From a virus (lineage: Duplodnaviria; Caudoviricetes), in the IMG/VR virus record IMGVR_UViG_3300028887_000075, positions 96,001 through 160,000 of that record: a stretch of 64,000 nt of DNA; one strand, given 5' to 3'. Both the position numbers and the translations under genes were made by a program. A model generated the notes under the pieces. It ran no database searches. It had not been told where the DNA came from and was given only the letters and a program-made list of their open reading frames with translations. Below, one piece after another: positions 1 to 9,995 of the stretch; position 1 is the first letter of the stretch, and each line of letters starts with the position of its first letter.

Positions 1-1
1 G

Positions 2-178
2 AAGACCCTGGTGCTCCCCGGTGCCTACCGGAGTGCAGCCCGGAGGTGCTTCAAGCTCATAAACGCGGCCAACGAGGCTATCTTCGCGGTCAACTATGGC
101 TACCGGGAGAAGGTAGGGCAGATGCTGGGCGCACTGCAGCGCGAGGCAGGCCCGCAGCATGCCGACATGAAGTTCTAG
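2..178 (+). CDS. 3' end of a CDS entering from the left edge, hypothetical
   Basis: Open frame 2 (KTLVLPGAY...DMKF*) with phage-like codon usage; its stop overlaps the stop of the convergent 175..648 ORF. Confidence 0.6.
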   Translation, partial: KTLVLPGAYRSAARRCFKLINAANEAIFAVNYGYREKVGQMLGALQREAGPQHADMKF

Positions 179-648
179 CCGCAGCGGGCTTTCGTGCCAT
201 CATATGTAACTGTAGTATCAGGGCATTTCATCAGCAACAGTGAATTATTGCTATTATCAGTAATGGCAGTGTCCCCGTAATCGTAGATGATAAAATTGGT
301 GCACCGATTAAGCATATGATGAATGTATTTGCTAGAAACAACATCATCTATCACATCGTGCACAGTACAGTCATCATAACTTGCGGTATCGGTTATTCTA
401 CCATGTATAGGGAAAAATGGCATGCTTAGTGCTTGTCCAACATACTTGAACCCTATATTTACCGAATCTTTTGAGATGTTAACCGAGGCTATCTGATATG
501 TATATTTACATGTAGTACCTGTGCACCAAAATACTTTATAGCCATGAAACGCCCCTGCATACAGTGGGCATGACAGCGAGAGTATGCTTATAACACTAAT
601 TATCTTATTTTTGATATGGTTTAAATACTTGCACATATAGTTCTCCAT
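175..648 (-). CDS. AT-rich hypothetical protein, possibly exported, Cys-rich
   Basis: 157 aa ORF with a hydrophobic N-terminus (IISVISILSLSCPLYA); reverse copy of the TTTGCTATATTT motif at ~673-685. Confidence 0.65.
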   Translation of the reverse strand: MENYMCKYLNHIKNKIISVISILSLSCPLYAGAFHGYKVFWCTGTTCKYTYQIASVNISKDSVNIGFKYVGQALSMPFFPIHGRITDTASYDDCTVHDVIDDVVSSKYIHHMLNRCTNFIIYDYGDTAITDNSNNSLLLMKCPDTTVTYDGTKARCG

Positions 649-734
649 ATCATATAACTGGTTGCACTACATAAATATAGCAAAAATTGTAGCACATGAC
701 TATTCATGCATTATTTTTTGCTATATTTGTTGGT

Positions 735-1949
735 ATGAAGACCAAAGAAGAACTCATAGCTGGTATAATTGATGCCATCAAAAATGCTCCTTTGCTGGAT
801 GACCCGACCGAAATCGACTCAACCGAGCTGATTGACATGTGCTTCCAGGGAAACTTCTGCAACCGCATAAAGACGGTTATTGACCGTATTTCACCTGAAG
901 GACCAGATAAAATCCTTGAATACTGCCGGTCCAGAGGAGCCGAATTCCACGATATGCAATCGAGACATACCGATGATATTCGACAGTTCAAGAATGCCTT
1001 CGTATCAAACAAGGCAGTAAACAATGTACCGCTATACCCATGTAATGTACATGTCACATCAGAACAACCGCTTAGATTCGGCATCAGGCTATCCGGGTTT
1101 GATACTGATATGATACTGAATGGAGTTACGGTCGAGAAACTGAAAGAACTGCTGGCCAGCATACCCGGCCTTGACATGGTTGCCGATGACTATCCAGTCA
1201 ATGACATCAGGTGTCCCGTATGTGGTTCGAACTGGCAGCTCTTTGGAGATAATCCCATAGTGCACTGTGCAAAATGCAACTCCCACTGGGTACTATATAC
1301 ACGTCGTCTGCTAGGGTGTTCGGGATTCATGGACCCGGTAAGCCTAGCGCACGGAAAGGGCCACGCGATGCAGAAGGCCTATCTTAAGAACACCGGATAC
1401 GAGCTGAAGAACCCGACTTCGATAGAACGAATCAAAAGAGTTATCCACAAAATTCCCGGCGACAAGGTGGTAAAGCTTGTAGGCACAACCGGGAAGTATG
1501 CCGGGTGGCACATGACCTTCATTGTGAACGCAGGTTCTATCGCGAACGAGCCACACTTCGACGAATGTGTTGACCAAACTCTGGTGTCGTGTAACTATAG
1601 TGGGGACCGGTATATCGGAAATGCATGTTCCGAATGTATGAGTATCGTGATACGGACACCAAAATGTACCGATGCTGACCTTGAAGAGTTATCGGCAGTC
1701 GCCGGTACGAAATACCAGGTACCTTGTGATACTTACAATATCAGTATGGTGGCAGGTAGACTGGTTGCGCTAGATGTAGAAACCTTGGCGAACTCGTATA
1801 GGAAGGACGAGGTACCCGGTGACCACTACGCTGACCTGGCAAGACTGTGCCCGTGGTTCAACGATGACCCACAGGCAATTGGCGGAGAATCACATGAAAC
1901 GTCAGGTATCACGATATTTACCGGTTATAATAGGAAAATTGTCAACTAG
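735..1949 (+). CDS. hypothetical protein with Zn-ribbon (CPVC...CAKC)
   Basis: Long ORF; ATG at 735 lies 5 nt after the promoter motif, so it is preferred over the 696 start. Confidence 0.75.
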   Translation: MKTKEELIAGIIDAIKNAPLLDDPTEIDSTELIDMCFQGNFCNRIKTVIDRISPEGPDKILEYCRSRGAEFHDMQSRHTDDIRQFKNAFVSNKAVNNVPLYPCNVHVTSEQPLRFGIRLSGFDTDMILNGVTVEKLKELLASIPGLDMVADDYPVNDIRCPVCGSNWQLFGDNPIVHCAKCNSHWVLYTRRLLGCSGFMDPVSLAHGKGHAMQKAYLKNTGYELKNPTSIERIKRVIHKIPGDKVVKLVGTTGKYAGWHMTFIVNAGSIANEPHFDECVDQTLVSCNYSGDRYIGNACSECMSIVIRTPKCTDADLEELSAVAGTKYQVPCDTYNISMVAGRLVALDVETLANSYRKDEVPGDHYADLARLCPWFNDDPQAIGGESHETSGITIFTGYNRKIVN

Positions 1950-1957
1950 GAACTACA

Positions 1958-2830
1958 ATGGAAAACAATTCTACCGAAAGAAGACCCACGCTGGGAGAGT
2001 CGATGAAGGCCCTCGAGTACCCGTTCACCCACGGGAACGTAGACTTCAGCGACAACAAGACCGTATTCGGCGAGGTCGCCATACCGGAAGGCTCCTGGTG
2101 CATCATCAGGGTCGACGGGAGGGCGTTCCACACGTACACCCGCCCGTTCAAGAAGGACGGCCCGTTCTCAGCCAAGATAATAGCGGCAATGAACTCCGCC
2201 GCCGAAGCGCTGCTCAACGAGTTCAAGCCCGAGCTGGTCTACTGGCAGTCCGACGAGATTACCCTGGTAATCCCCCCGGAACGAATCCCGTTCTCCGGAA
2301 AGACCCACAAGCTGAACTCCATCGCGGCCTCGGTAGCCACCGCGGCATTCAACCGGGAGATGGTCCTGGTAGATGTGCCCGACGCTATCTTCGACGCCCG
2401 TGCGTTCGCCGGCGACCGAGAGGACTGTGCCCTGTGCATCATGTGGCGCCAGCGGGACTGCATAAAGAACTCCGTATCGGCTGCAGCCCAGTCCGTCTAC
2501 AGCCACAAGCAGCTCGAGGGCAAGAATACCGAAGACAAGATTTCCATGATGGCCGAGAAGGGTCTCGACTGGCATGCATACACCTACGGCATCAAGTACG
2601 GCACCTTCATCAGGAAGGTAAACGTCGAGATTCCCGTGGACGAGCTGACGTCCGAAATCCCGGAGAAGGAACTGGAGAGAATACGCGCAAACGGCGGTAC
2701 GGTCACCCGTTCCCAGCTGGATTTCCCAAAGTATCCGGTACTTACCACCGTGGCCAACCTCGAGGGCATGCTCTTCGACGGTGAAGAACCCATTGCAAAG
2801 GAACAAACACATGAAGAAACCGACGTTTAA
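1958..2830 (+). CDS. thg1: Thg1-like protein (tRNA-His guanylyltransferase / 3'-5' polymerase)
   Basis: IIRVDGRAFHTYT, YWQSDEITL, FDARAF and WRQRDCIKNSV motifs; both catalytic Asp present. Confidence 0.92.
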   Translation: MENNSTERRPTLGESMKALEYPFTHGNVDFSDNKTVFGEVAIPEGSWCIIRVDGRAFHTYTRPFKKDGPFSAKIIAAMNSAAEALLNEFKPELVYWQSDEITLVIPPERIPFSGKTHKLNSIAASVATAAFNREMVLVDVPDAIFDARAFAGDREDCALCIMWRQRDCIKNSVSAAAQSVYSHKQLEGKNTEDKISMMAEKGLDWHAYTYGIKYGTFIRKVNVEIPVDELTSEIPEKELERIRANGGTVTRSQLDFPKYPVLTTVANLEGMLFDGEEPIAKEQTHEETDV

Positions 2831-2963
2831 GGAAGTGCTCGAACTCATTTCCAACGCTGTCAAGATTCTCGTTGCTGTCGACGCAGCAATCAAGATTTAC
2901 CGATTCTTCCGTCCGAAGAAGTGCACCTGCGACTGCAAGTGCAAGAAGGCCTTGATGGAGTAA
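2811..2963 (+). CDS. small hypothetical protein with Cys/Lys-rich tail
   Basis: MKKPTFKEV...KKCTCDCKCKKALME; AAGGA upstream; fills the gap between thg1 and NUDIX. Confidence 0.55.
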   Translation: MKKPTFKEVLELISNAVKILVAVDAAIKIYRFFRPKKCTCDCKCKKALME

Positions 2964-2966
2964 GGT

Positions 2967-3719
2967 ATGCCCAAGGAACTGTCCTGCGGCTTCATACTAT
3001 TCGACCTCTACTCGGGGAACGTACTCGGGTGCCACCCGGCGAACGGCCGGAAGGGACCCGAGATGGCCTTCGACATACCCAAGGGACACCTGGAAGCGGG
3101 CGAGACGCCACTGCAGGCTGCCACCCGGGAGCTCCGGGAGGAGACCGGCATCGTATTGCCGGAAGGGACGTATATCCACGAGATTGGACATGTTCCCTAC
3201 CAGACCAAGAAGTCACTGCACCTGTTCTCCGCGGCAATCCCGGGGCTTGCCGAGATGGTGACCGGTGACCGCCTGAAGTGCTCCACGGACTTCACCGACC
3301 ACTTCGGGAACGTGAAGCCGGAGGTCGACTCGTACACCCTGACCGGGTTCCACGAGTGGTTCTTCAAGAACATGCAGAAGCATGTCAGGGACGAGATGGA
3401 CAGGGCTCTGCCCCCAGAGCCGATGGTGGTAATCACCGGCTATACCGAGGCAGGGAACAAGTTCCGGACTGCAACCGTGATGCCGTACATTACAATCCAG
3501 AAGCTGCTGGACGACATCGAGTATGCCTCCGACCGGAACCTGCACCCGAACGGGTTCTCCTTTGACTTCATGGGTGCATCTTTCGACTCGGAGGACGTTA
3601 TCTTCGCCATAAGGAACCCGTGGAAGGTGGATGTGGAGGGTATCTGCACATCTGAGCACCAGTTCCCATTCGAGGAGTGGCGGGAGATTTTGTTAGACGA
3701 GACAGGAGAAAACGAATGA
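2967..3719 (+). CDS. NUDIX hydrolase with C-terminal extension
   Basis: Nudix box GHLEAGETPLQAATRELREETG. Confidence 0.9.
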   Translation: MPKELSCGFILFDLYSGNVLGCHPANGRKGPEMAFDIPKGHLEAGETPLQAATRELREETGIVLPEGTYIHEIGHVPYQTKKSLHLFSAAIPGLAEMVTGDRLKCSTDFTDHFGNVKPEVDSYTLTGFHEWFFKNMQKHVRDEMDRALPPEPMVVITGYTEAGNKFRTATVMPYITIQKLLDDIEYASDRNLHPNGFSFDFMGASFDSEDVIFAIRNPWKVDVEGICTSEHQFPFEEWREILLDETGENE

Positions 3720-4285
3720 GATTGCCGACAAAGCAAGAGCTTGACAAGCGCTTCGCCTTCGACGAGGGCGAACTGTTCCGTACAATCCGTGTGGACACCC
3801 TCCCGGTGACAATCGATAAGATGAATGACGTTTCCGGCTCAAGGTGTTCGATAATCGCCGGTGGACATCTGATTGCCGAGTACTTCATCCACAATGAAAC
3901 CAAGCTATGCTACCTGATTGAGCTCTGCAGGCTGGAACTGTGCAAGACCGGCGTAACCAGCAGGCAGATACTGGACTTTGACTGGGATGACCTTGAAGCG
4001 ATGATAATCCCGGGAAAGGCCAGCAATGCATGTCTTGCCAAGCTGGAAAAGCGCATGCAGGAGGGCATCCATGCGTTCAACCTGACTGTTGCTGCCTCGG
4101 TGGCTGCCCCGACGTTCTGCAACGCGTATGCGACCGGATTCAAGTATCCGAAAAAGCCGACACCTATAGACTTCAGGGCATGGCACCTTATCCGGGCGGC
4201 CGCATCGGGCAACTTCGGCATGGCCTGTCTCAACGTGTTCAAGATGACTACATCAACGCAGCAGAACAAGCCCAATATCTCGTGA
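3716..4285 (+). CDS. hypothetical protein
   Basis: ATGA overlap with the NUDIX stop, AGGAG RBS. Confidence 0.7.
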   Translation: MRLPTKQELDKRFAFDEGELFRTIRVDTLPVTIDKMNDVSGSRCSIIAGGHLIAEYFIHNETKLCYLIELCRLELCKTGVTSRQILDFDWDDLEAMIIPGKASNACLAKLEKRMQEGIHAFNLTVAASVAAPTFCNAYATGFKYPKKPTPIDFRAWHLIRAAASGNFGMACLNVFKMTTSTQQNKPNIS

Positions 4286-4475
4286 GCTGGAACGACCGTA
4301 TCACCAAGAACGACAGCATGCGGTTCACGGACCGGCAGGAAGCCTTCCGGAAGGCCTGGGCCATGCGCCGGGAGCCTACGGTGAACGACGTATCCGTAGA
4401 CATGATAACCGAGATTGCTGAACCGATAAGAGAATCGGAATGGAACCCCATGTATGATATCCTTAAGGAGAAAAA

Positions 4476-5330
4476 ATGGAGATAATGCTTAACGGACAGC
4501 TCGTATCATGCTCCCCCAAGGAGTATAAGGAGCTTATGGACATGGGTCTCATCCCGGGGCAGCCGGCAGGTACCAGTGCAGCTCCCGTGGCGGACTGGCA
4601 TGAGGAACTGCGCCAGATTATAGAGAAGTATCCCAAGATTGCACCGGAGAAACCCAAGTTTGGCTCTATCGCGGTCACACCGATGTACGGATGCGCTGTT
4701 CCTGCCGAGGAGGCCAAGAAGCCAGTATATGCAATAAACCTTGCCGACAGTAAGCCTATCGCATATCTAAGGAAAGGGGCATTCGATTTATTAGAAGAGG
4801 GCACTGCCCTGAATAGGGCGGCCACCCCGCGGGTTACTACTGAACTGTGCGCTGCCCTGCTCTTCACGTCGAAAGATGCGGCCAGCAAGTTCTGTGACAA
4901 ATGGAACGACTGCAAGAGCCACGCGGATTCACAGGTAAAGTTCTGCGAGGTGGAAATTCCGCCGAATGCAACCCTCACATTCCGCGGGCAAGGGCGGGTG
5001 GAGATTTCCGACTTCGACATGGAGTCCCTTTCCCTTACCGGGAAAGTCAAGCAGGATTCCGAGCTAAAGGTAGAGCCGACAGTGACGGTATACCTGTTGA
5101 GATTCAACGATTCCGACGAACCGACCTACCTAAGCAAGGAAGCATACGGCAAGATGTTCAACGGAGGTGGCTTTATCAAGACAACGTTCTTGTACGATGC
5201 GCTCGTGTTCAATGATAGGGAACGTGCGGACAAGTTCGCCGAGGACTATAACGTACGCTGTGTCAGGCCGATGCTTACTGTAGTCTCCATGGAGCTACCG
5301 GCATCTTACGTAGTGGAGACCCCCGACTGA
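4476..5330 (+). CDS. hypothetical protein
   Basis: 284 aa ORF, AAGGAG RBS; weak internal duplication (ALLFTSKDAASKFCD / ALVFNDRERADKFAE). Confidence 0.75.
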   Translation: MEIMLNGQLVSCSPKEYKELMDMGLIPGQPAGTSAAPVADWHEELRQIIEKYPKIAPEKPKFGSIAVTPMYGCAVPAEEAKKPVYAINLADSKPIAYLRKGAFDLLEEGTALNRAATPRVTTELCAALLFTSKDAASKFCDKWNDCKSHADSQVKFCEVEIPPNATLTFRGQGRVEISDFDMESLSLTGKVKQDSELKVEPTVTVYLLRFNDSDEPTYLSKEAYGKMFNGGGFIKTTFLYDALVFNDRERADKFAEDYNVRCVRPMLTVVSMELPASYVVETPD

Positions 5331-5497
5331 TGCGCCGCCCGTCAAAACCGACTTACGAATGCATCGGCGACCTAGAGGAGGCCGCCGACCTGGGCGAGTT
5401 CTACAACGGAATCTACTACCGCGACCAGTATATCAAGAAACTGGAAAGATACGCTAATTTTCTTGAAAAGGAACTGAAACATGCAAAAGACAATTAA
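5330..5497 (+). CDS. small hypothetical protein (55 aa, not in ORF track)
   Basis: TGATG coupling; MRRPSKPTYECIG...KHAKDN*. Confidence 0.55.
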   Translation: MRRPSKPTYECIGDLEEAADLGEFYNGIYYRDQYIKKLERYANFLEKELKHAKDN

Positions 5498-5993
5498 ACC
5501 TACAAAGGGACCCTACCGCCGGTATACCCGGGAGGATTGCGAGAGGATTGCCAGGAAGTACAGGACACTCAAGGCGTTTCGCGAGAACGATAAGCCGGTC
5601 ATGATGAAGGCATGGCGCGAAGGATGGCTCGACGACTACACCTGGCTCTCCCGGAGCCACCTCCCGAGGAATACCTGGACCGAACGCGCATGCCGTGCCG
5701 AGGCGAAGAAGTATTCCTCCCTGTCGGAATTCAGGAAGGCGTCCCTCCCGGCGTACGCCACGGCGCAGAAGAACGGCTGGCTCAAGGAATACAAGTGGCT
5801 GGAACGCAGGCACGTCAAGGCGTTCACCCTCAAGGAATGCACCCGGATAGCCCTGAAGTACGACACGCTGAGGCAGTTCCGCTTCGACAACTGGACGGCA
5901 TACGCCGCCGCATCCAGGAACGGGTGGCTCAAGAACTTCACCTGGCTGGAACGGTACGTGTCCCGCAAGAGGAAGATTAAGAGGAAGAAATGA
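5481..5993 (+). CDS. basic triple-repeat protein resembling homing-endonuclease-associated DNA-binding repeats, no nuclease domain
   Basis: Three ~48 aa repeats of (Y/W/F)T..C...A.KY.(T/S)L..FR......A...GWL..(Y/F).WL. Confidence 0.7.
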   Translation: MQKTIKPTKGPYRRYTREDCERIARKYRTLKAFRENDKPVMMKAWREGWLDDYTWLSRSHLPRNTWTERACRAEAKKYSSLSEFRKASLPAYATAQKNGWLKEYKWLERRHVKAFTLKECTRIALKYDTLRQFRFDNWTAYAAASRNGWLKNFTWLERYVSRKRKIKRKK

Positions 5994-6181
5994 TAAATTC
6001 CCTGATGATTTACAACCGGATGCGGGGTGACCCGGCATTCAAGAAATGGTCCTACGAAGAAATGATAATGAACTTGTATTATTATCTGAATGTAGTGGAC
6101 AAGCAGTATTATGCCAACCTAGCAACCCTTGATGCCATCGTAACGGACATCAAGAAGGCATTCTGCATCATAAGGGACTGA
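5990..6181 (+). CDS. hypothetical protein
   Basis: ATGA overlap, operon packing. Confidence 0.55.
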   Translation: MINSLMIYNRMRGDPAFKKWSYEEMIMNLYYYLNVVDKQYYANLATLDAIVTDIKKAFCIIRD

Positions 6182-6183
6182 AA

Positions 6184-6471
6184 ATGATAGATGCTTCCCT
6201 GTGCCCGGTTGACTGGCAGGCCTACATGGACAGTGTCGACCAGGCAATAGCCATGATTTCCAACCTGGACAAGGTTCCCGAGGCAACCCGGGACGAGATA
6301 ATTGCCCTGCTCGAGGTAGACCGGGTCTCCGGATATACCGACCCGAAGGTGGAGACCTGGGAGGACTCGCGGTACTATGCCGAGCTGATTGTTCCCGATT
6401 CCGCTTCAGTACCCGAGGCTGACCGGCTGTACCGGGTAATCGAGGAACTTTCCTGCGGAAATTCCTTATAG
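6184..6471 (+). CDS. hypothetical protein
   Basis: Operon packing; followed by a terminator. Confidence 0.6.
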   Translation: MIDASLCPVDWQAYMDSVDQAIAMISNLDKVPEATRDEIIALLEVDRVSGYTDPKVETWEDSRYYAELIVPDSASVPEADRLYRVIEELSCGNSL

Positions 6472-6497
6472 TTAGTGCACATATGCGCATCAGTTAG

Positions 6498-6528
6498 CCT
6501 CCCGGTAGCCTCCGGGAGGTTTCTTTTT
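6498..6528 (+). terminator. intrinsic terminator whose T-tract runs into the next promoter
   Basis: CCTCCCGG/CCGGGAGG stem followed by TTTCTTTTT. Confidence 0.7.
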
Positions 6529-6565
6529 GCTATATTTGTGATATACATTTAACAAGGAACAAAAT

Positions 6566-7021
6566 ATGGATTCAAAAGTATGCTCAATCTGTGGCTTCCC
6601 GCTGAAGCACTTCTGGCGGAACGCCGACCCGATAAAGAACGACATCTGTTGCGACCGTTGCTTTACGATGACGGTGATTCCAGCCCGCGAGGAGAAAATC
6701 CGGGAGTGGAACGCCGAGGAGAAGCTCCGCACTACCCTGGTAGAGAACAGGGGGAAGGCCGAGCAGGTGGATACCGGCTGCCCCACGGGCAAAATCCGCT
6801 ACAAGACCAAGATTGACGCCGAGTACGCCCTGTACAAGTGCGGGGCGAAGCAGACAGGGAACCGGCACGAGAAGGCAGTCTACTTCTGCCAGCAGTGCCA
6901 GTCGTTCCACCTGACGAGCCACGACCTGCTGCCGTCCTGGAAGGACCGGAACCGCCCCGGCAACTACGTTAACCCCGGTCCGGCGAAATATGTACCCACG
7001 TCCCGTGACGTGGACTGGTGA
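6566..7021 (+). CDS. Zn-finger protein
   Basis: CSIC...CCDRC and CPTGKIRY...YFCQQCQSFHLTS. Confidence 0.7.
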   Translation: MDSKVCSICGFPLKHFWRNADPIKNDICCDRCFTMTVIPAREEKIREWNAEEKLRTTLVENRGKAEQVDTGCPTGKIRYKTKIDAEYALYKCGAKQTGNRHEKAVYFCQQCQSFHLTSHDLLPSWKDRNRPGNYVNPGPAKYVPTSRDVDW

Positions 7022-7071
7022 TTTGCTATATTTGGCAGGCAGAAATGCAACCACATCATAAAGGAGAAAAA

Positions 7072-7374
7072 ATGAAGAAATTAATCTGTGCCTTGCTCAT
7101 TCTCGCCGGTCTCGCCTCGGCGGACGACATGTGCGTCGTGACATTCAAGATTAAGCAGGTGACCTATACCCTGAGCATCAGCGAGCACCTGAAGAACGAG
7201 GCGAACAAGCAGTACCTGCAGATTCCGGTGGACTGTGAGTTCTACCACACGCTCAGAGTAGACCAGGAAATACACGGACAGTTCAAGATGGGTTCCATTT
7301 TCTTCAACGGAGACCTATCCAAGCTCAAGGTAACTGTGCACGAAAAGAAGGTGATGCCCAGGCCGGGCAAATAA
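7072..7374 (+). CDS. small exported protein
   Basis: Signal peptide MKKLICALLILAGLASA; AAGGAG RBS; own promoter at 7022. Confidence 0.7.
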   Translation: MKKLICALLILAGLASADDMCVVTFKIKQVTYTLSISEHLKNEANKQYLQIPVDCEFYHTLRVDQEIHGQFKMGSIFFNGDLSKLKVTVHEKKVMPRPGK

Positions 7375-7415
7375 TTGCTATATTTGTACCGGAACACAAC
7401 AGCATCGAGGCAAAT

Positions 7416-7775
7416 ATGGACAATAACGACGATATCTGGGCCGGCGGCTCCATCCGCAAGGCCAACGACGGGAAGACTTACGACAAGTGGGCCGTCCAGC
7501 ACATGATTAACTCCGGGAAGTTCGCCCGGGAAGATTCCGGGTTCATCGACATCATGAAGATAGTCGGGCTTGTACTCGGCATATTCGCGCTCATCTACTT
7601 CTCGGTATGCGGCCCGGCCATGTGGCACAATTCGCTGGTCGTATGTTCCGGTGGCAGCTGCACCACCTATACGGACTGGAAGGTAATCGGCGAGGACACC
7701 AAGACCGGCGTACTGGAAGTATGGGCGGGCGGACGCCTGCAGAGACTTTCCAACGGGACCTGGCACTACGAATAG
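7416..7775 (+). CDS. single-TM membrane protein
   Basis: IVGLVLGIFALIYFSV; own promoter at 7374. Confidence 0.7.
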   Translation: MDNNDDIWAGGSIRKANDGKTYDKWAVQHMINSGKFAREDSGFIDIMKIVGLVLGIFALIYFSVCGPAMWHNSLVVCSGGSCTTYTDWKVIGEDTKTGVLEVWAGGRLQRLSNGTWHYE

Positions 7776-7785
7776 GGAGAAAAAT

Positions 7786-8067
7786 ATGTCAGAAGACCAG
7801 AAGCACTGGACTCAGGAAGACATCGACCGGATGGAAGAGCAGGTCAGCAAGCTCAAGATTAGTATTGAGCAGGCCAAAGCATACCTTCGTTTGGAAAAAG
7901 TAGGATATCTCGACGAGTATTACAAGCGGGAACTTACCGGGAAGGTCATAATGACCGAACACCCGTGGCCAGACGGCCAGAGTGATTACATGTACATCAC
8001 ATATGTCAATGTGGAGATGGAAAGGCCGAAGGAACTGGACGGTGTCGTCGGTTTTACTGTTGGATAG
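7786..8067 (+). CDS. hypothetical protein
   Basis: GGAG RBS, operon packing. Confidence 0.6.
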   Translation: MSEDQKHWTQEDIDRMEEQVSKLKISIEQAKAYLRLEKVGYLDEYYKRELTGKVIMTEHPWPDGQSDYMYITYVNVEMERPKELDGVVGFTVG

Positions 8068-8076
8068 GGGGTAATT

Positions 8077-8376
8077 ATGCCTAAAAAGTACAAGGGAATC
8101 ACGCCGGAACAGGCGCACGAGATTACGATGCAGTGCATCAACTGGAAGCCAATTCTCCAGGCCGAACTTGACGATAAAGTACCGGCCGCAGCCAGGAACG
8201 GCGAGACCAGCGTCATGCTCGACATAACGCATCCGTATGCCGACGGCCGGTTCGACGACGGCCTTATTGACAAGATAATCGGCCTGCTTGATTCTATGGG
8301 CTGGAACTGTAGCAGAAATAAGGAAAACGGCACCCACGGTTTCTTCGCTAGCCACCTTTTCAAGGTGAACTGGTAG
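8077..8376 (+). CDS. hypothetical protein
   Basis: Operon packing. Confidence 0.6.
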   Translation: MPKKYKGITPEQAHEITMQCINWKPILQAELDDKVPAAARNGETSVMLDITHPYADGRFDDGLIDKIIGLLDSMGWNCSRNKENGTHGFFASHLFKVNW

Positions 8377-8408
8377 GACTATGCATCTAGTATTAAAGGG
8401 TAGGTAAC

Positions 8409-8642
8409 ATGAGTATAGCAAGGGAATACTACGACAGCGAAGGAAACTACTGGCAGATTGAAACACCACACTACATTCCTCCGGCAGAAGCAATCAAAAA
8501 CCCGGCCTACGTGCGAGGGTTCGTATCAGCCGACGACAGGAAGTGGCAAAAGTATTTCAAAAAGGAAATCCTACGAAATAGCAAGACATTGGCCTTCATT
8601 GGCATCGTGGTCATGACCATAGTTTCATTGTTCTTGCTTTGA
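8409..8642 (+). CDS. small protein with C-terminal TM
   Basis: LAFIGIVVMTIVSLFLL at the C-terminus. Confidence 0.6.
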   Translation: MSIAREYYDSEGNYWQIETPHYIPPAEAIKNPAYVRGFVSADDRKWQKYFKKEILRNSKTLAFIGIVVMTIVSLFLL

Positions 8643-8652
8643 AGGAGATGAT

Positions 8653-8943
8653 ATGACCGCAATGGATAAATCGAGAAAAATATTAGATAGCATCATGCGT
8701 ATTCTAAAAATAGATAAATTGCCTAGAGGTTCATTCGTGGAAGGGTTTGGCTCGGTGGCTTATATTCGATACAACGGAAATATTCAGTGCAAGACCGACG
8801 ATGATACCGCAATGACTGATGAACTTGCCGATGAGATGGCTCTCAAAATAATCGAGCGGGAAGGTGTACCTAAGTACAACGGCTCACCGGATTTTCTGGC
8901 GCCGGATGACTTGCCACCGTGTCTAAGAAGTAGAGGAGCATAG
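8653..8943 (+). CDS. hypothetical protein
   Basis: AAGGAG RBS. Confidence 0.6.
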   Translation: MTAMDKSRKILDSIMRILKIDKLPRGSFVEGFGSVAYIRYNGNIQCKTDDDTAMTDELADEMALKIIEREGVPKYNGSPDFLAPDDLPPCLRSRGA

Positions 8944-8944
8944 G

Positions 8945-9709
8945 ATGCCATTGAAGAAGATTGGAATAACGGAAACGTATGACCCGTGCTTCGTGCCCGA
9001 CTGGGAAACGAAACTCTTGGAGGCGAATATCGTAATTTCCAAGGAATTGAACGATGAGATGATTGAGAAGCTCTTGATTGTCAAGGACAGGGTCATCTTC
9101 CACCATACGGTCACCGGGCAGGGCGGCTCCGTTTTGGAACCTAACGTGAATCCTCCGGCAGTCGAGTTTGAACAGTTCAAGAAACTAATATCCAGTGGGT
9201 TCCCCTGGACTCATTATGTACTACGCGTAGACCCGATAATACTGCTTGACTCGAAAACTCAGGAACGCGTACTGAATGTATTGACCATGTGGCACTCATA
9301 CGCGTCAGTCTTTCTGCATGACGTCATCAGGTGCCGGATATCCGTGGTAGACCTGTATCCGCATGCAAGGGAGCGCCTTGCTGCCGCCGGTGTAGATGTA
9401 TTCTATGACGGGTTTAAGGCGCCGCCTGCAGTGTTCGCCAGGATAGCCAAGATAATCGACCCTTACAATGATTATCTGGATTTCGAATGCTGTGCCGAGC
9501 CCGGCTTTGCAAGGTATGGCTTCATCAAGCAGATGGGATGTGCCAGTCACGAAGATATCAGGCGTCTGGGGCTTAACCCCGACGACTATGGAATGCCTGA
9601 GACTAAACAGCGTGGCGACTGCCTTTGCCTGGCGAAGAAGCAGATTTTAGGTGTTAAGCCGGGCAGATGCCCTCATGGTTGTCTGTACTGTTTCTGGAAG
9701 GATAAGTGA
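8945..9709 (+). CDS. DUF1848-like protein with a C-terminal radical-SAM-type CxxxCxxC cluster
   Basis: TVTG...LEPNV, LRVDPII, CCAE, QRGDCLC and CPHGCLYC motifs. Confidence 0.72.
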   Translation: MPLKKIGITETYDPCFVPDWETKLLEANIVISKELNDEMIEKLLIVKDRVIFHHTVTGQGGSVLEPNVNPPAVEFEQFKKLISSGFPWTHYVLRVDPIILLDSKTQERVLNVLTMWHSYASVFLHDVIRCRISVVDLYPHARERLAAAGVDVFYDGFKAPPAVFARIAKIIDPYNDYLDFECCAEPGFARYGFIKQMGCASHEDIRRLGLNPDDYGMPETKQRGDCLCLAKKQILGVKPGRCPHGCLYCFWKDK

Positions 9710-9995
9710 TATGCACCTGGAACCTATATTTGGACTTATCATACGGAAGGAAACCAGGGACGCGATGTGTCACGAGGAAGCTGCCGGCGGAATCAAGGAG
9801 CCATAATGCAAGAAGAGCAATTTAAAATCATTGGCCGGAGCGTGTTCCCGGCAATAAAGTTCTATCGCAACGGGAATGCTGTAATCGCACAGCTTCCGCA
9901 CGGGGATTCCAGTCTATCGCTCGCTGAGAGGGACGCAATCGAGACATTGGCGGAAGAACTGGAAAACGATTCGCACTAGGACTTAAGGAATTATC

